DNA of 64,000 nucleotides from a virus: IMG/VR virus record IMGVR_UViG_3300028827_000129, positions 64,001 to 128,000 of that record; one strand, 5' to 3'. Shown piece by piece: positions 55,701 to 64,000 of this stretch (position 1 is its first letter; each line of letters starts with the position of its first letter). The notes under the pieces were generated by a model. It saw only the letters and a program-made list of their open reading frames with translations, ran no database searches and was not told where the DNA came from. The position numbers and the translations under genes were made by a program.

Positions 55701-56912
55701 TTGTTTTTCGGTATCCCTAGCATGGGGTATTGGTTTAGGGATGACAGCTATATAGATAAAATGGAACGAGAGTCTACGTTAGCATCTTTACAAAGGAAAT
55801 ACAAGTCTATCAGGTCATCAATTGAGGCTGCTGACTCTTTTAGTAAGAAAGGTATTCATGGGGTTTCGGAAGAGGCGTATAAAATCGCCGATAGAGTTAT
55901 TAGAAAAGTAGGGCGGTGGAAATCTTTCCGAGATTATCATATGTTAACTTCTGAACATGATATTTTATCGAATGGAGTTAAGACTTCTTCAAAAAATACA
56001 TACAACGGCGTAAGAATTATATATGATAATGATTTTTGGAGAGAGGAAGAATTTGATATAAACAATTTACAATCAGAATTTACCCTTAAGCCAAATAAGC
56101 ATATTCCTGATGAGGAGATAACATATCAAGACTTTTTTGAGGCTAATGTTATTGGAGATGATGGGGCAAGAGTTTGTGCAATTTCAAGGTTATTAGATGG
56201 TCTAAGAGACTTGTATACAGGAGAAATAGCTTTAATAGGCAACCCAAGAATTAAACCTTACGACATATGTTTTATTTACGATTCATATAACGACATAGCT
56301 GGTCCAGTCGAAGTCGAGCAGGTTGTTCATATATTTAATCAAGAGGATGGGTTTATTACATTATTAACTCCTGATTTATGCGCGTATGCAACAGAATATG
56401 CATCTAGTACTTTTATAAGCGGTGTTGGTACAACGTTTATGAAAGTCTGGGATAAATTAGCGAATGCTACCGACAAACTAATAGACAAGTATAAAACTGC
56501 GATAGTTAATGACGATACTTTTCTCAAGACTGGGATGATTGGTGTAGGTGCCTTTACTGGAGATAGGGTGATACAAACTTCGTTAGCTGCTATGTTTACT
56601 CCATCCTCGATGGCTATCTTGAGTATAGGCAGTTTATTTATGCTTAATGTGCTTTATGATTGGGATGTTGGTCGTTATCCTATTCAGGTATTTCCTCTGT
56701 TATTTAAAGATAAACCTTATATTTTAGGTCTCCCAGATTGGTCAGAAACTAGCTTGTGGCAAGATATTTCTGGTGAATGGAAGTTCCTTACCTCTGGCGT
56801 TAAGAAGTTTTGGGAATCTGAGATTAAAGAGCCTTCTAAACAATTTGGTGCGTTTAATATTTTAAGTGAAAGGTTCAAGAGATTTCTTGGCGAGATGTTT
56901 CTTGGTAACTAG
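52782..56912 (+). CDS. large baseplate hub-like protein (1376 aa)
   Basis: IQIRLGYD, LNGKITEI, GEIALIGNPRIKPYD hub-type motifs; position. Confidence 0.65.
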   Translation: MHNNYFKINDIELAVSPSNIRVDKSTKNIKIPIVRESEAVKNRSGHGDINVSFDVIFSYNENITSSSKHNDIKNDLLKIVAQLQLTPFFIVENEFVTKSIKPEYQDSEPLMLVLNNMSISTSPELHNSIIAQFNCFYVEHSAFTPFLFFKRTETSGADEKPVKISESGAWKAFYKPYWDRLRSMAPSSFNGSCHFLFPVLINEDGNVTFGTTGFDIDGTQVPVSVTVNFYNRLAVMPFIGLEYPAYQYMGGSDREVFITIEDVSGRDQKFKDLLKLLQHFNQLAINDRQTAGNDAIVVKNDILNMLGIEEVICESVSVETHPSEPETSIINLHLLSHNIDKVKEAESLEREEYNTVESLVEEIIDNFINYTDASIVRRKVTDSVYDDTFLLNYDFERSVFVMTSGIPDLPAPLDSLFEDFKKTLSNIYSGSIVYKLRDDFYDFMNHVDDAVFGIKTKLGVGPSIYKNKDNEANSAARRVLTDFAFKAFHVLKDYPDAYPEMKIIAEKVDYELKHGMRKNVQPCYPDIVPDDINKNPDDYFFYSGSLKEIIKEAKLFGADAISKTFDAVEDFTDKNGIHWDFSGLSSGDKASINNIKSSLSGDGVTITDGRPAEFISKHKNQGRFTKTSIVDKELFLDGYNDTSMSLKAEMNATHRFDKASFKSQFELIDFPDDFMTFRKAYPTFRLYFIEEYSQKTRMRKLDDKFVYRAIKEIRVIRSRKNPIDTAIIQLSNVDGSFYIRNFKRNDLKGTYAKELVRGKYDYRGHDVYSSDNKKDNLLDEKPIFQEGSVIQIRLGYDNNPDKLTTVLNGKITEIDGDGFGIITIVVQSFGYELLEDTWGTPGDGMSLGGWFNNTTPSIITEILSSPSITHFGRWTYGYTKEVDPDEIERKARHSMLPNFIVRHIYRWIDTPKDDNIFAPYESFYRKYIEDFAILRGWKDYYSYGYTTWDILKDMERRWPGYVCQPVPYENRMTLFFGIPSMGYWFRDDSYIDKMERESTLASLQRKYKSIRSSIEAADSFSKKGIHGVSEEAYKIADRVIRKVGRWKSFRDYHMLTSEHDILSNGVKTSSKNTYNGVRIIYDNDFWREEEFDINNLQSEFTLKPNKHIPDEEITYQDFFEANVIGDDGARVCAISRLLDGLRDLYTGEIALIGNPRIKPYDICFIYDSYNDIAGPVEVEQVVHIFNQEDGFITLLTPDLCAYATEYASSTFISGVGTTFMKVWDKLANATDKLIDKYKTAIVNDDTFLKTGMIGVGAFTGDRVIQTSLAAMFTPSSMAILSIGSLFMLNVLYDWDVGRYPIQVFPLLFKDKPYILGLPDWSETSLWQDISGEWKFLTSGVKKFWESEIKEPSKQFGAFNILSERFKRFLGEMFLGN

Positions 56913-56941
56913 AAGAGCCTTCTATAATATACCTAGAGGTT

Positions 56942-57355
56942 ATGATGTTGAAAAAAGAGAATTTTTCGATAAAAAATGATAATAATGATGTTGTTCGTGC
57001 TGTTTTTGGCAGGGTTTATGATTATAAATTTGACGACGAGGGTCATGCTGTTAAAGTAGCAGCATCAAACCCGCCATTAGATTGGGATCACAAAAAGCAT
57101 GGACCGTACTTAATCGGGGCGGAATTTACTAATAGGGAAGGGTTGTGGATACCGTTTTATAAGAATATTACAGAGGTTTTGAAGGATTGGCAACCAGCTA
57201 AGGGTGATGGTGTTATTGTATGGATTTTTGGCAAGCCAAACAGCAATCCAAATAAATATAGAGCAGAAAGTTTTAATTTAAGTCACACGAAACAAAATAA
57301 AAAAGATGCAGAATTATTTCAAAATGGCGGGATGATGTTTTGGGCTAATTTATGA
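56942..57355 (+). CDS. baseplate-associated protein (OB-fold/spike N-terminal-like?)
   Basis: Position; PAKGDGVIVWIF. Confidence 0.5.
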   Translation: MMLKKENFSIKNDNNDVVRAVFGRVYDYKFDDEGHAVKVAASNPPLDWDHKKHGPYLIGAEFTNREGLWIPFYKNITEVLKDWQPAKGDGVIVWIFGKPNSNPNKYRAESFNLSHTKQNKKDAELFQNGGMMFWANL

Positions 57356-57687
57356 GCGGATATGAAAACAGTGCCTTAATTTGGAAGAAACCAGGACGCA
57401 ATGCTGGCATGGCAGTCGGTGATAATTTTGCTCTCATGCAAGGCGACCCTAGTCATGGTTTTATATCTTCTGAACAAGGAAATGTAATAAAAGGAAATAC
57501 TCATTTTGTTGGTGCGCCACATGAGTTTTCGTTTAGTGGTTTATGGACCTTTAACCCGTTGTTATTATCAACTGTGCCATCTACGATAATGACGCCTATG
57601 AGCGTTTTAGTTTTTAATAAAAATGCTTTATCTGGGTTCGACCATATAGCTAAGAGCGTTTCAGAGCACATGAGTTTATTGTTATAA
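57352..57687 (+). CDS. baseplate-associated protein (111 aa)
   Basis: Position. Confidence 0.55.
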   Translation: MSGYENSALIWKKPGRNAGMAVGDNFALMQGDPSHGFISSEQGNVIKGNTHFVGAPHEFSFSGLWTFNPLLLSTVPSTIMTPMSVLVFNKNALSGFDHIAKSVSEHMSLLL

Positions 57688-57689
57688 TT

Positions 57690-58085
57690 ATGGCAAATAT
57701 AGATCTTTATTCAAACGAATTCGGTGATATCCTAGTCTCTAATGGAGATTTTGTATCTACGTCAGAAAATGAAGAGAGGACTTACATACAACAAGTTATT
57801 GCTCGTATGTTATCTTATCCTGGCGATTGGACTGTATATCCTTGGCTTGGGGCTGGGCTTTCTTCTTATCACGGGAGGTTAAATACCAGAGAAACTGCTC
57901 GTGACATGGAGTCCGATATAACAAGGGCCTTAACGGAAGATGGGCTAATTCCTAAAGTAGCATTAACTGTGAAAGTTGTACCTTTAACACATACTTCAGT
58001 AGGTGTTTTCATTAAAATTAAGGGCATTACAAATGCTCTTGCTTTTATGTTTAACCTTGAAGATGGGGAGATTAAATTAAATTGA
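57690..58085 (+). CDS. baseplate wedge gp25-like protein
   Basis: GDILVSNGDF, PGDW..YPWLGAGL. Confidence 0.75.
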   Translation: MANIDLYSNEFGDILVSNGDFVSTSENEERTYIQQVIARMLSYPGDWTVYPWLGAGLSSYHGRLNTRETARDMESDITRALTEDGLIPKVALTVKVVPLTHTSVGVFIKIKGITNALAFMFNLEDGEIKLN

Positions 58086-59293
58086 AGCTTATAGGTAAAA
58101 ATTTTGATGAATTAACTGCGGAATCTATTAATGATTTAGTAGGCAATACCGTATTTTCTCATATTTCTCCTGCTTCTAATGTAAGAGCGATTTTAGATGT
58201 TATAAATAGACAATTAGAAACTAATTATGTGATTCTAGATACTGGGATCGCTTTGTCATTTTTATCTACTGCGTCTGGTGAATATTTAGATAATATTGGC
58301 GAAATGTTTGGGCTTAGCCGTAAGCAGGCCACCAAGTCAAGTGTTAGTAAAGCTTCGAAAATCCAGAAGTTTTATGTTGAATCAGGTACATTTGGCGGCA
58401 TTAATAATTCGCAAGATATAACTATTCCTATTGGCACAGTAATATCTTCTGAACCTAATCAGGGTGGTGTTAGGTATGTTACGACAGAAGCTGTTACATT
58501 AAATGCTAGTGATAGCGAAGGATGGGTAAGTATAAAGAGCATAGATGAAGGTTCTGCTTCTCATGTTGGTAAAGAGATTTTATCATTCCATAACTTTACA
58601 GGTTATGCAGACTCAAATAATGATTCATTGTTAACATCTAATATAGCTAGCATTAATAATGGCAGCGATGCAGAAACTGATAACAATTATAGATATAGAA
58701 TAAGTAAATATGTAACATCTTCTGAGGGAGCTAACGAAACTGCTATTCGTTTGGCTATGTTAAGTATTCCTGGGGTTAGTGATGTAAAGATTGTTCCATA
58801 CGTAAGAGGACTCGGCTCTTTTGATGTTTTTATCAAGTCGACTACTCCTGAAGTGCCAGATGATCTAATTAGCACTTGTCAAGAAATATTAAATCAAGTA
58901 GCTGCTTATCCAGTAGATGCTCAGGCTAAGAAGCCTATTACAGTTGGGGTATCTTTTGAGTTGACTATAGTTTATAATGTAAGTACTGTTACAGATTCAA
59001 TAAAGCGAGAAGTTGAGAATAATGTAAAATTGGCATTGGAAGATTATGTTAATAATCTTGATATAGGTGAGCAATTAGTTTTGAACCAGGCCTTGTCTAA
59101 GGCGATAGAGGCAGACGATAGGGTTTTATCTATCGGTAAATATGGGAAGGCATTCGACAATTTAACTTTATACCGAGAATCTAAATTTTCAACAAATAAG
59201 TTGGCAGTTAGATTAATGAATGACTATAAACCGCTTTTTAACGAAAAGCTAATTATTGAACCGACGTTAGAAAATCCTATTATTTTTAATTAG
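58082..59293 (+). CDS. baseplate J-like wedge protein
   Basis: STASGEYLDNIG..GLSRK, GSDAETDNNYRYRI, IPGVSDV. Confidence 0.9.
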   Translation: MKLIGKNFDELTAESINDLVGNTVFSHISPASNVRAILDVINRQLETNYVILDTGIALSFLSTASGEYLDNIGEMFGLSRKQATKSSVSKASKIQKFYVESGTFGGINNSQDITIPIGTVISSEPNQGGVRYVTTEAVTLNASDSEGWVSIKSIDEGSASHVGKEILSFHNFTGYADSNNDSLLTSNIASINNGSDAETDNNYRYRISKYVTSSEGANETAIRLAMLSIPGVSDVKIVPYVRGLGSFDVFIKSTTPEVPDDLISTCQEILNQVAAYPVDAQAKKPITVGVSFELTIVYNVSTVTDSIKREVENNVKLALEDYVNNLDIGEQLVLNQALSKAIEADDRVLSIGKYGKAFDNLTLYRESKFSTNKLAVRLMNDYKPLFNEKLIIEPTLENPIIFN

Positions 59294-59309
59294 GTTTGGA
59301 GGTTTTTTC

Positions 59310-59945
59310 ATGGCCATTTATAAAATTGTAGGAGCCTGCAATAATGGTGGAGGCAAGAATGTTTTTAAGGTTACATTCCAGGGCGCTCCTCTTACAGCTC
59401 CTCCTGTTTTGGAAGCGTGGGATGATGTAAGTATGACATCAACCTCAAATGAGATTTTTACTGGGACTGTTGGGAATGCATTTCAGCCAATGGTTGCAGC
59501 CATTGATACTAGTGACACTATTTCTGCCCCTGGGGCAGGGTGGGTCGATTCTATAGTGCCTGGAGCTGGAAGTCAGTCTAGTAATCTACTTAAGGGAAAT
59601 GACCAGACTGTTGTTCTTGATGGTGGCACAGGCAGAGTCCCTGCGGCTAATGAATATGTTTTGTTTAATTTAAATTTACGCATACCATCTGATACGTCTG
59701 TTCCGTCAAATGGTGCTTTAGATTGTGTTTTTGTTGTGCGATATTATTATTCAGATAACACTCCAGTAATAGAATGGGCAGCTAATAATGGAGGTACTGA
59801 TACCGTCCCGAGCTGGACTGCTATCAATACTGGCACTGAGGTATTGCGCTTTACTGATACTGGCGTCAATTCGTCTAATCTCACACTAACTCTTCCAGTA
59901 TCTGGAACTAAAGATTCTGGAGAAGCATGGATAGACAATGCATAA
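59310..59945 (+). CDS. beta-rich tail/baseplate protein (211 aa)
   Basis: GGAGG SD; context. Confidence 0.65.
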   Translation: MAIYKIVGACNNGGGKNVFKVTFQGAPLTAPPVLEAWDDVSMTSTSNEIFTGTVGNAFQPMVAAIDTSDTISAPGAGWVDSIVPGAGSQSSNLLKGNDQTVVLDGGTGRVPAANEYVLFNLNLRIPSDTSVPSNGALDCVFVVRYYYSDNTPVIEWAANNGGTDTVPSWTAINTGTEVLRFTDTGVNSSNLTLTLPVSGTKDSGEAWIDNA

Positions 59946-60270
59946 GCTAAATGGATGGGAAGTAAAAGCAAAAGATGGCACAATGTTGTCGTCGAACTTT
60001 TGTTCATGGAGAGATATTAATAAAGACATAGATAAACTATTTATTAAGATAGATGATGAAGTTTTCACAATTTCTGGATATGATAAATACTTTTATGTAG
60101 TAGAGGGGATTGCCTTTGTTGGGATGCAAGGTGTCCCAAATAGAGTGTTATTCGGTGGAATAAAAAATAATATCTGCGATATATATTCAATTGACATCAA
60201 TACTTCTCAGTTACGGGTGATAGAGCATCGCAATGTTAACTTCCCATTTACTGCGGATATACTTAAGTAA
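59938..60270 (+). CDS. hypothetical protein (110 aa)
   Basis: Operon packing. Confidence 0.65.
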   Translation: MHKLNGWEVKAKDGTMLSSNFCSWRDINKDIDKLFIKIDDEVFTISGYDKYFYVVEGIAFVGMQGVPNRVLFGGIKNNICDIYSIDINTSQLRVIEHRNVNFPFTADILK

Positions 60271-60281
60271 GGAATCTAAAA

Positions 60282-62234
60282 ATGGCTTTAGTTGGGCTTG
60301 GAGGAAATACTTCTGCTCTTGCATCTAATTCTGGCCTATTAATTAATTTCGGCAAAATTAGTGGAGATGTTTATGGTCTAGGGAATATAAATGGTGCTTT
60401 AAAGATTTCGTTGGTTGGATCTGTTTCTGCTTCAGGTGATATAGAGACGGCAACCGGCGGCCTTGGGTCTGTAGTAGCTCTTGATCAAGGGCAGACGCAG
60501 GCCTTTTTATTTATAGATGGCATAGTTAGGAAGAATGAATTTTATAATATTGATGGTGCCGTTAAGGCCACTAGCAACACAGATGCGTCTCAAAGTGTAA
60601 AGCTATTTATTCAAAATAATACCTTTTATGGCACTTCTAGAGCTATTTGTAGATATTTAAGGTCTGGCGAATTTACATCGTGGAGCTTAAATGATGTACC
60701 GCAAAATAAATTGAGTGGTGTCAGCAAAGGTCTCCATAGATCTACATCAGTTTATATTAATGGGAATGGTTCATTAAATAATGGCTGGCAACTGACAGAT
60801 ATTTATAGCAAAAATGACGGCAGCAGTATAGTTGTATCAGAAAGTAGCAATACTCCTGGATTCACAGTAGAGATTCTATTTTCTGATGTTAAATACTTTG
60901 ATTCCGTAGCTGCATATGTTTATTATGACGGCACAAGTGGGCATAATATTAATGTAGATATTTATGACTATTCTCAGTCTTTGTGGCATAATTTAGGAAG
61001 CTTTTCTGACCAAAGTTCTTTTACTGATTTAAGCTATCAAATACAGAATTGTAGCGACTATATTAGTTCAAGTGGCACAGTATTACTTAGGTTCAATCAT
61101 TCATCTACCGGCGATAATACACATACGTTGTCTATAGACTTTGTTGTTCTAGGAGATTCGTCTGATACGGTCCTTGAATGTGACAGTAATGCTTTAGGAT
61201 ATTTTGGCGCAACTAGTGCGCATCAAAATATCGGAGGCAAATGGTATTGGGAAATATATATAGATAGAATAGGCGGTAGCCAAGAAATAAGTGTAGGAGT
61301 TGTAAACAAAGATTTCTTATTTAATGGACATGTTGGAGTATCAAGCGCTAGCTGGGGATACATAGCTAAAACAGGTAATTCCTATCATGACTCAGTGTTG
61401 TCGGCATATGGTCAGACTTTTACCGAGGGTGATGTTGTTATGGTCGCCCTGGATGCTGATAATCATAAGATATGGTTTGGTAAGAACGGGGTATGGCAAA
61501 ATGGTGGTGACCCGAGCAATGGCATCAATGAAGCATTTAACGATGTCAGTGGAGAAATATATGCAGCCGTTGTTTTCAGAGAACAAGACGATAAAGTTAC
61601 CGCAAACTTTGGTTCTGGTGTATTATCTTTTGTATATTCACCTCCAACAGGATTTAATGCTGGGTTTATAGGAGAGCCTCCATTTGAATATCTAGATAGC
61701 AACGTAGCTTCATTAGGTGGGATTTATTCTGATAGAATATTTATTGATTATAGTATTGGTGGTGATGTTTCTGCATCTGGGTATTTTTTTGATACTAATG
61801 CTAGGCCGCTTGGAGAGGCTGCTACTAGTGCTACTGCTAGTTTTGAACCTGCGCTTGGTAAAATTTTTACTTTAGGGTTATCAGAAACAGCTTCTATATG
61901 CAATGGTGATGGAGCTTTAGGTCTATCAATTAATCTTATTAATGGCTTTGTTACATCAAATGCTTCTACTCTTGGGGACTTGGGGCTTTTTGGGGCATAT
62001 ATATTACGTAGTTCTTCATTAGCTTCTTATAAACTTGGCGAAGCTTACTTATTTAGTAGTAGTACTACTCAGCTATCTGGAGGGACGTCGTTCCTTGTAT
62101 GTAAACCATCAATTAGCAATATTAAAACTGGTATTTTAGACAGGATTTATACTTTTGAAAAGCAATTAGATATTGCTGGAGATTTTAAGTTTATTAATAG
62201 AGACAAATATTCTGGTAAAGATCAAAAGTTTTAG
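60282..62234 (+). CDS. SPRY/B30.2-domain tail fibre or adhesin-like protein
   Basis: GKWYWEI, GDVVMVALDAD..KIWFGKNGVWQNGGDP, ANFG..F.YSPPTGF. Confidence 0.8.
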   Translation: MALVGLGGNTSALASNSGLLINFGKISGDVYGLGNINGALKISLVGSVSASGDIETATGGLGSVVALDQGQTQAFLFIDGIVRKNEFYNIDGAVKATSNTDASQSVKLFIQNNTFYGTSRAICRYLRSGEFTSWSLNDVPQNKLSGVSKGLHRSTSVYINGNGSLNNGWQLTDIYSKNDGSSIVVSESSNTPGFTVEILFSDVKYFDSVAAYVYYDGTSGHNINVDIYDYSQSLWHNLGSFSDQSSFTDLSYQIQNCSDYISSSGTVLLRFNHSSTGDNTHTLSIDFVVLGDSSDTVLECDSNALGYFGATSAHQNIGGKWYWEIYIDRIGGSQEISVGVVNKDFLFNGHVGVSSASWGYIAKTGNSYHDSVLSAYGQTFTEGDVVMVALDADNHKIWFGKNGVWQNGGDPSNGINEAFNDVSGEIYAAVVFREQDDKVTANFGSGVLSFVYSPPTGFNAGFIGEPPFEYLDSNVASLGGIYSDRIFIDYSIGGDVSASGYFFDTNARPLGEAATSATASFEPALGKIFTLGLSETASICNGDGALGLSINLINGFVTSNASTLGDLGLFGAYILRSSSLASYKLGEAYLFSSSTTQLSGGTSFLVCKPSISNIKTGILDRIYTFEKQLDIAGDFKFINRDKYSGKDQKF

Positions 62235-62243
62235 GGGAATATT

Positions 62244-63788
62244 ATGGAATACTCTGTTTTAACAGAAAAGGCATTATCTATTTACCCTGATTGGGTTAAT
62301 ACGTCTAAGAATAGTGCTATTTTTCAATTTTTGATGCCAGCATTGAATGAAGTAGAAGCGTTGCGCGCACAATCAGTTAGACTTATTGAAGATAGGTTTT
62401 TAACTGAGTGTAATATTGATGAGCTGGATTGGGTCTATAAACTTGACCTTGGTTTTGATTTTGAGTTTAAAAACCAAAAAGTTCAACATTATATTGATGA
62501 TGATAGCTATATTAAAATCCAAGCACCAGTTGTTATTGCTGATGGGGTTCATTTGGATGTAGTGGATACTTCTAATATAGGGGCATTTTTTTATGCTTAC
62601 CCATCTAGGGCTGTAAAGCAAAAAATAAGCAGTGGCCTTAATAAGGTTACTTTAAATAGTACATCAAATGGCTATGTTTTATATGATTCAGAGTTGAATA
62701 TTTATAATAAACCAATTTACTTTACATTAAAAGACAATAATGGTGCGATATTTGATCGTGAAGATAGATTAAGGATTTATATCCATGGCGAAAGGCATGA
62801 TGGATTAGAAATTAAAGAAGTACTTATGCCACTGTCTAATGGCGTCTATAAAACATCTTACGCATATTCAGTTGTTAAAAGTATAGAGATAGAACACTTT
62901 TATAGCGGCACAATTATTATAGAGGATTATTTGCAGGCTAAAGATGTTTTAATCTTTAAAGATATGTCAAGATATTTTAACTCAGGTTATTATTATAAAG
63001 TAGCAAATAGGAACGGGGCTGTTTTTTTAGATTACATGATAAAAAATACCAATAAAGAAGGTTCTTTATTGGAATATACAACCAAATATACAATGCAACT
63101 TTATGATGATTCTGGGATGCCGCTTGTAGCATATAATGCTTATGACATAGATTATAAGCGCGGCTTGGTGTATCTAATCACGCATAACAATAATGTATAT
63201 ATGTTTTCTTTAAATAGGCAATATTTTGACCCAGATCGTGTTAGAGATTTAAACAAAAGAACAACTGATCGATATTCTATTATCGATGTGGATGAACACT
63301 TCCCTTATCAGATTGGCGATTCTGCTCATATTAGTGTAAGATCTAAAAACATTGATAATCTTGATGGTTTAAGGTTATGGGTTAAATCACCATCTGGAGC
63401 CAAGACATATCTGAACAATGGAGATATTATATCTGTAAACTCATCTCAGCGATCTACTTACAATTTTGACATTTCTTTAGACGATACTGCTGGGACATAT
63501 ACAATTTATTGCGAATTTTACTATGCTAATAAAAAAGAATTGGATGTTGTAAATCTTGAAGTAGGATACAAAACACCGATAAATGTTTTTAAGGGGCTTG
63601 ACAGAACATATGACGGCCAAGACCCTTCTTATCTTGAAGTTCTTGAGGATGGTAATTTAGTAATAAAAAATACAAATAATGTTGTAGACTATTTCGTGTT
63701 TTATTATGATGTCGCTATGGTCGACGTAGATTCTAAGATACTTTATTTGAGAGATAAATACAATACAGTCAATGTGAGGACAGAGTAA
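62244..63788 (+). CDS. baseplate/tail protein (514 aa)
   Basis: N-terminal LSIYPDW like gpI-type wedge proteins; context. Confidence 0.6.
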   Translation: MEYSVLTEKALSIYPDWVNTSKNSAIFQFLMPALNEVEALRAQSVRLIEDRFLTECNIDELDWVYKLDLGFDFEFKNQKVQHYIDDDSYIKIQAPVVIADGVHLDVVDTSNIGAFFYAYPSRAVKQKISSGLNKVTLNSTSNGYVLYDSELNIYNKPIYFTLKDNNGAIFDREDRLRIYIHGERHDGLEIKEVLMPLSNGVYKTSYAYSVVKSIEIEHFYSGTIIIEDYLQAKDVLIFKDMSRYFNSGYYYKVANRNGAVFLDYMIKNTNKEGSLLEYTTKYTMQLYDDSGMPLVAYNAYDIDYKRGLVYLITHNNNVYMFSLNRQYFDPDRVRDLNKRTTDRYSIIDVDEHFPYQIGDSAHISVRSKNIDNLDGLRLWVKSPSGAKTYLNNGDIISVNSSQRSTYNFDISLDDTAGTYTIYCEFYYANKKELDVVNLEVGYKTPINVFKGLDRTYDGQDPSYLEVLEDGNLVIKNTNNVVDYFVFYYDVAMVDVDSKILYLRDKYNTVNVRTE

Positions 63789-63789
63789 A

Positions 63790-64000
63790 GTGGCAGTTAA
63801 TGAACGAGCTCCTGGGGTGTGGTTTTTTGACGACCCCCCTGTTTTGGAAATGTCGAATGCCAATTATCCTGGCATTGTTGACTGGACTACTGTTGATTTA
63901 TCTAGCATTGGAATCCCGTCCAATGCAACTTTTCTAATAGCCCGATTCTGGAGATTAAGAACAGATTTTGGCTCTATTGGCGTTCGTATCCCTGGTACAA
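63790..64000 (+). CDS. tail-associated protein, runs off window edge
   Basis: GTG start; open to window edge (..DWTTVDLSSIGIPSNAT..). Confidence 0.6.
   Translation, partial: MAVNERAPGVWFFDDPPVLEMSNANYPGIVDWTTVDLSSIGIPSNATFLIARFWRLRTDFGSIGVRIPGT

Noticed and set aside
19264-64000. Genome-wide TAG recoding (in-frame TAG junctions at 27212, 43886, 62234)
   Set aside because: Large structural genes are intact under code 11 and the downstream genes have their own starts; in-frame adjacency is expected one time in three
59310-64000. Diversity-generating retroelement acting on tail fibre genes
   Set aside because: No reverse transcriptase and no TR/VR repeat pair seen in this window

Overview
The window is part of a large tailed dsDNA phage genome with a contractile (myovirus-type) tail. 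It has three zones. (1) 1-12.5 kb: a leftward run of small, mostly unknown early-type genes with strong SD sites (NADAR, a DHH-like protein, Zn-finger microproteins, a poly-Asp protein, a histone-H1-like basic protein). GC rises to about 70% near 11-13 kb, where intergenic DNA is tiled with hairpins. (2) 13.1-19.2 kb: an abrupt switch to AT-rich DNA with an almost cytosine-free two-gene cassette, a membrane/PLA2-like/lipoprotein trio, a leftward ThyA / Holliday-resolvase-like / ClpP-like operon and an array of long perfect palindromes. (3) 19.2-64 kb: a rightward virion module (TerS?, TerL, portal, prohead protease, capsid, bS21, endolysin/holin, neck, sheath, three tube paralogs, baseplate, SPRY protein). 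Main findings: a 1463-aa tail-module protein carrying both beta- and beta'-type motifs of a two-barrel RNA polymerase in one chain (candidate virion RNAP); a 1076-aa exonuclease-ART-thermonuclease polyprotein whose modules are separated by a duplicated 40-aa linker; hairpin-tiled early DNA; and two paralogous 'conserved motif + ~100-nt rod hairpin' elements 16 kb apart. All assignments come from reading motifs by eye; no searches were run.
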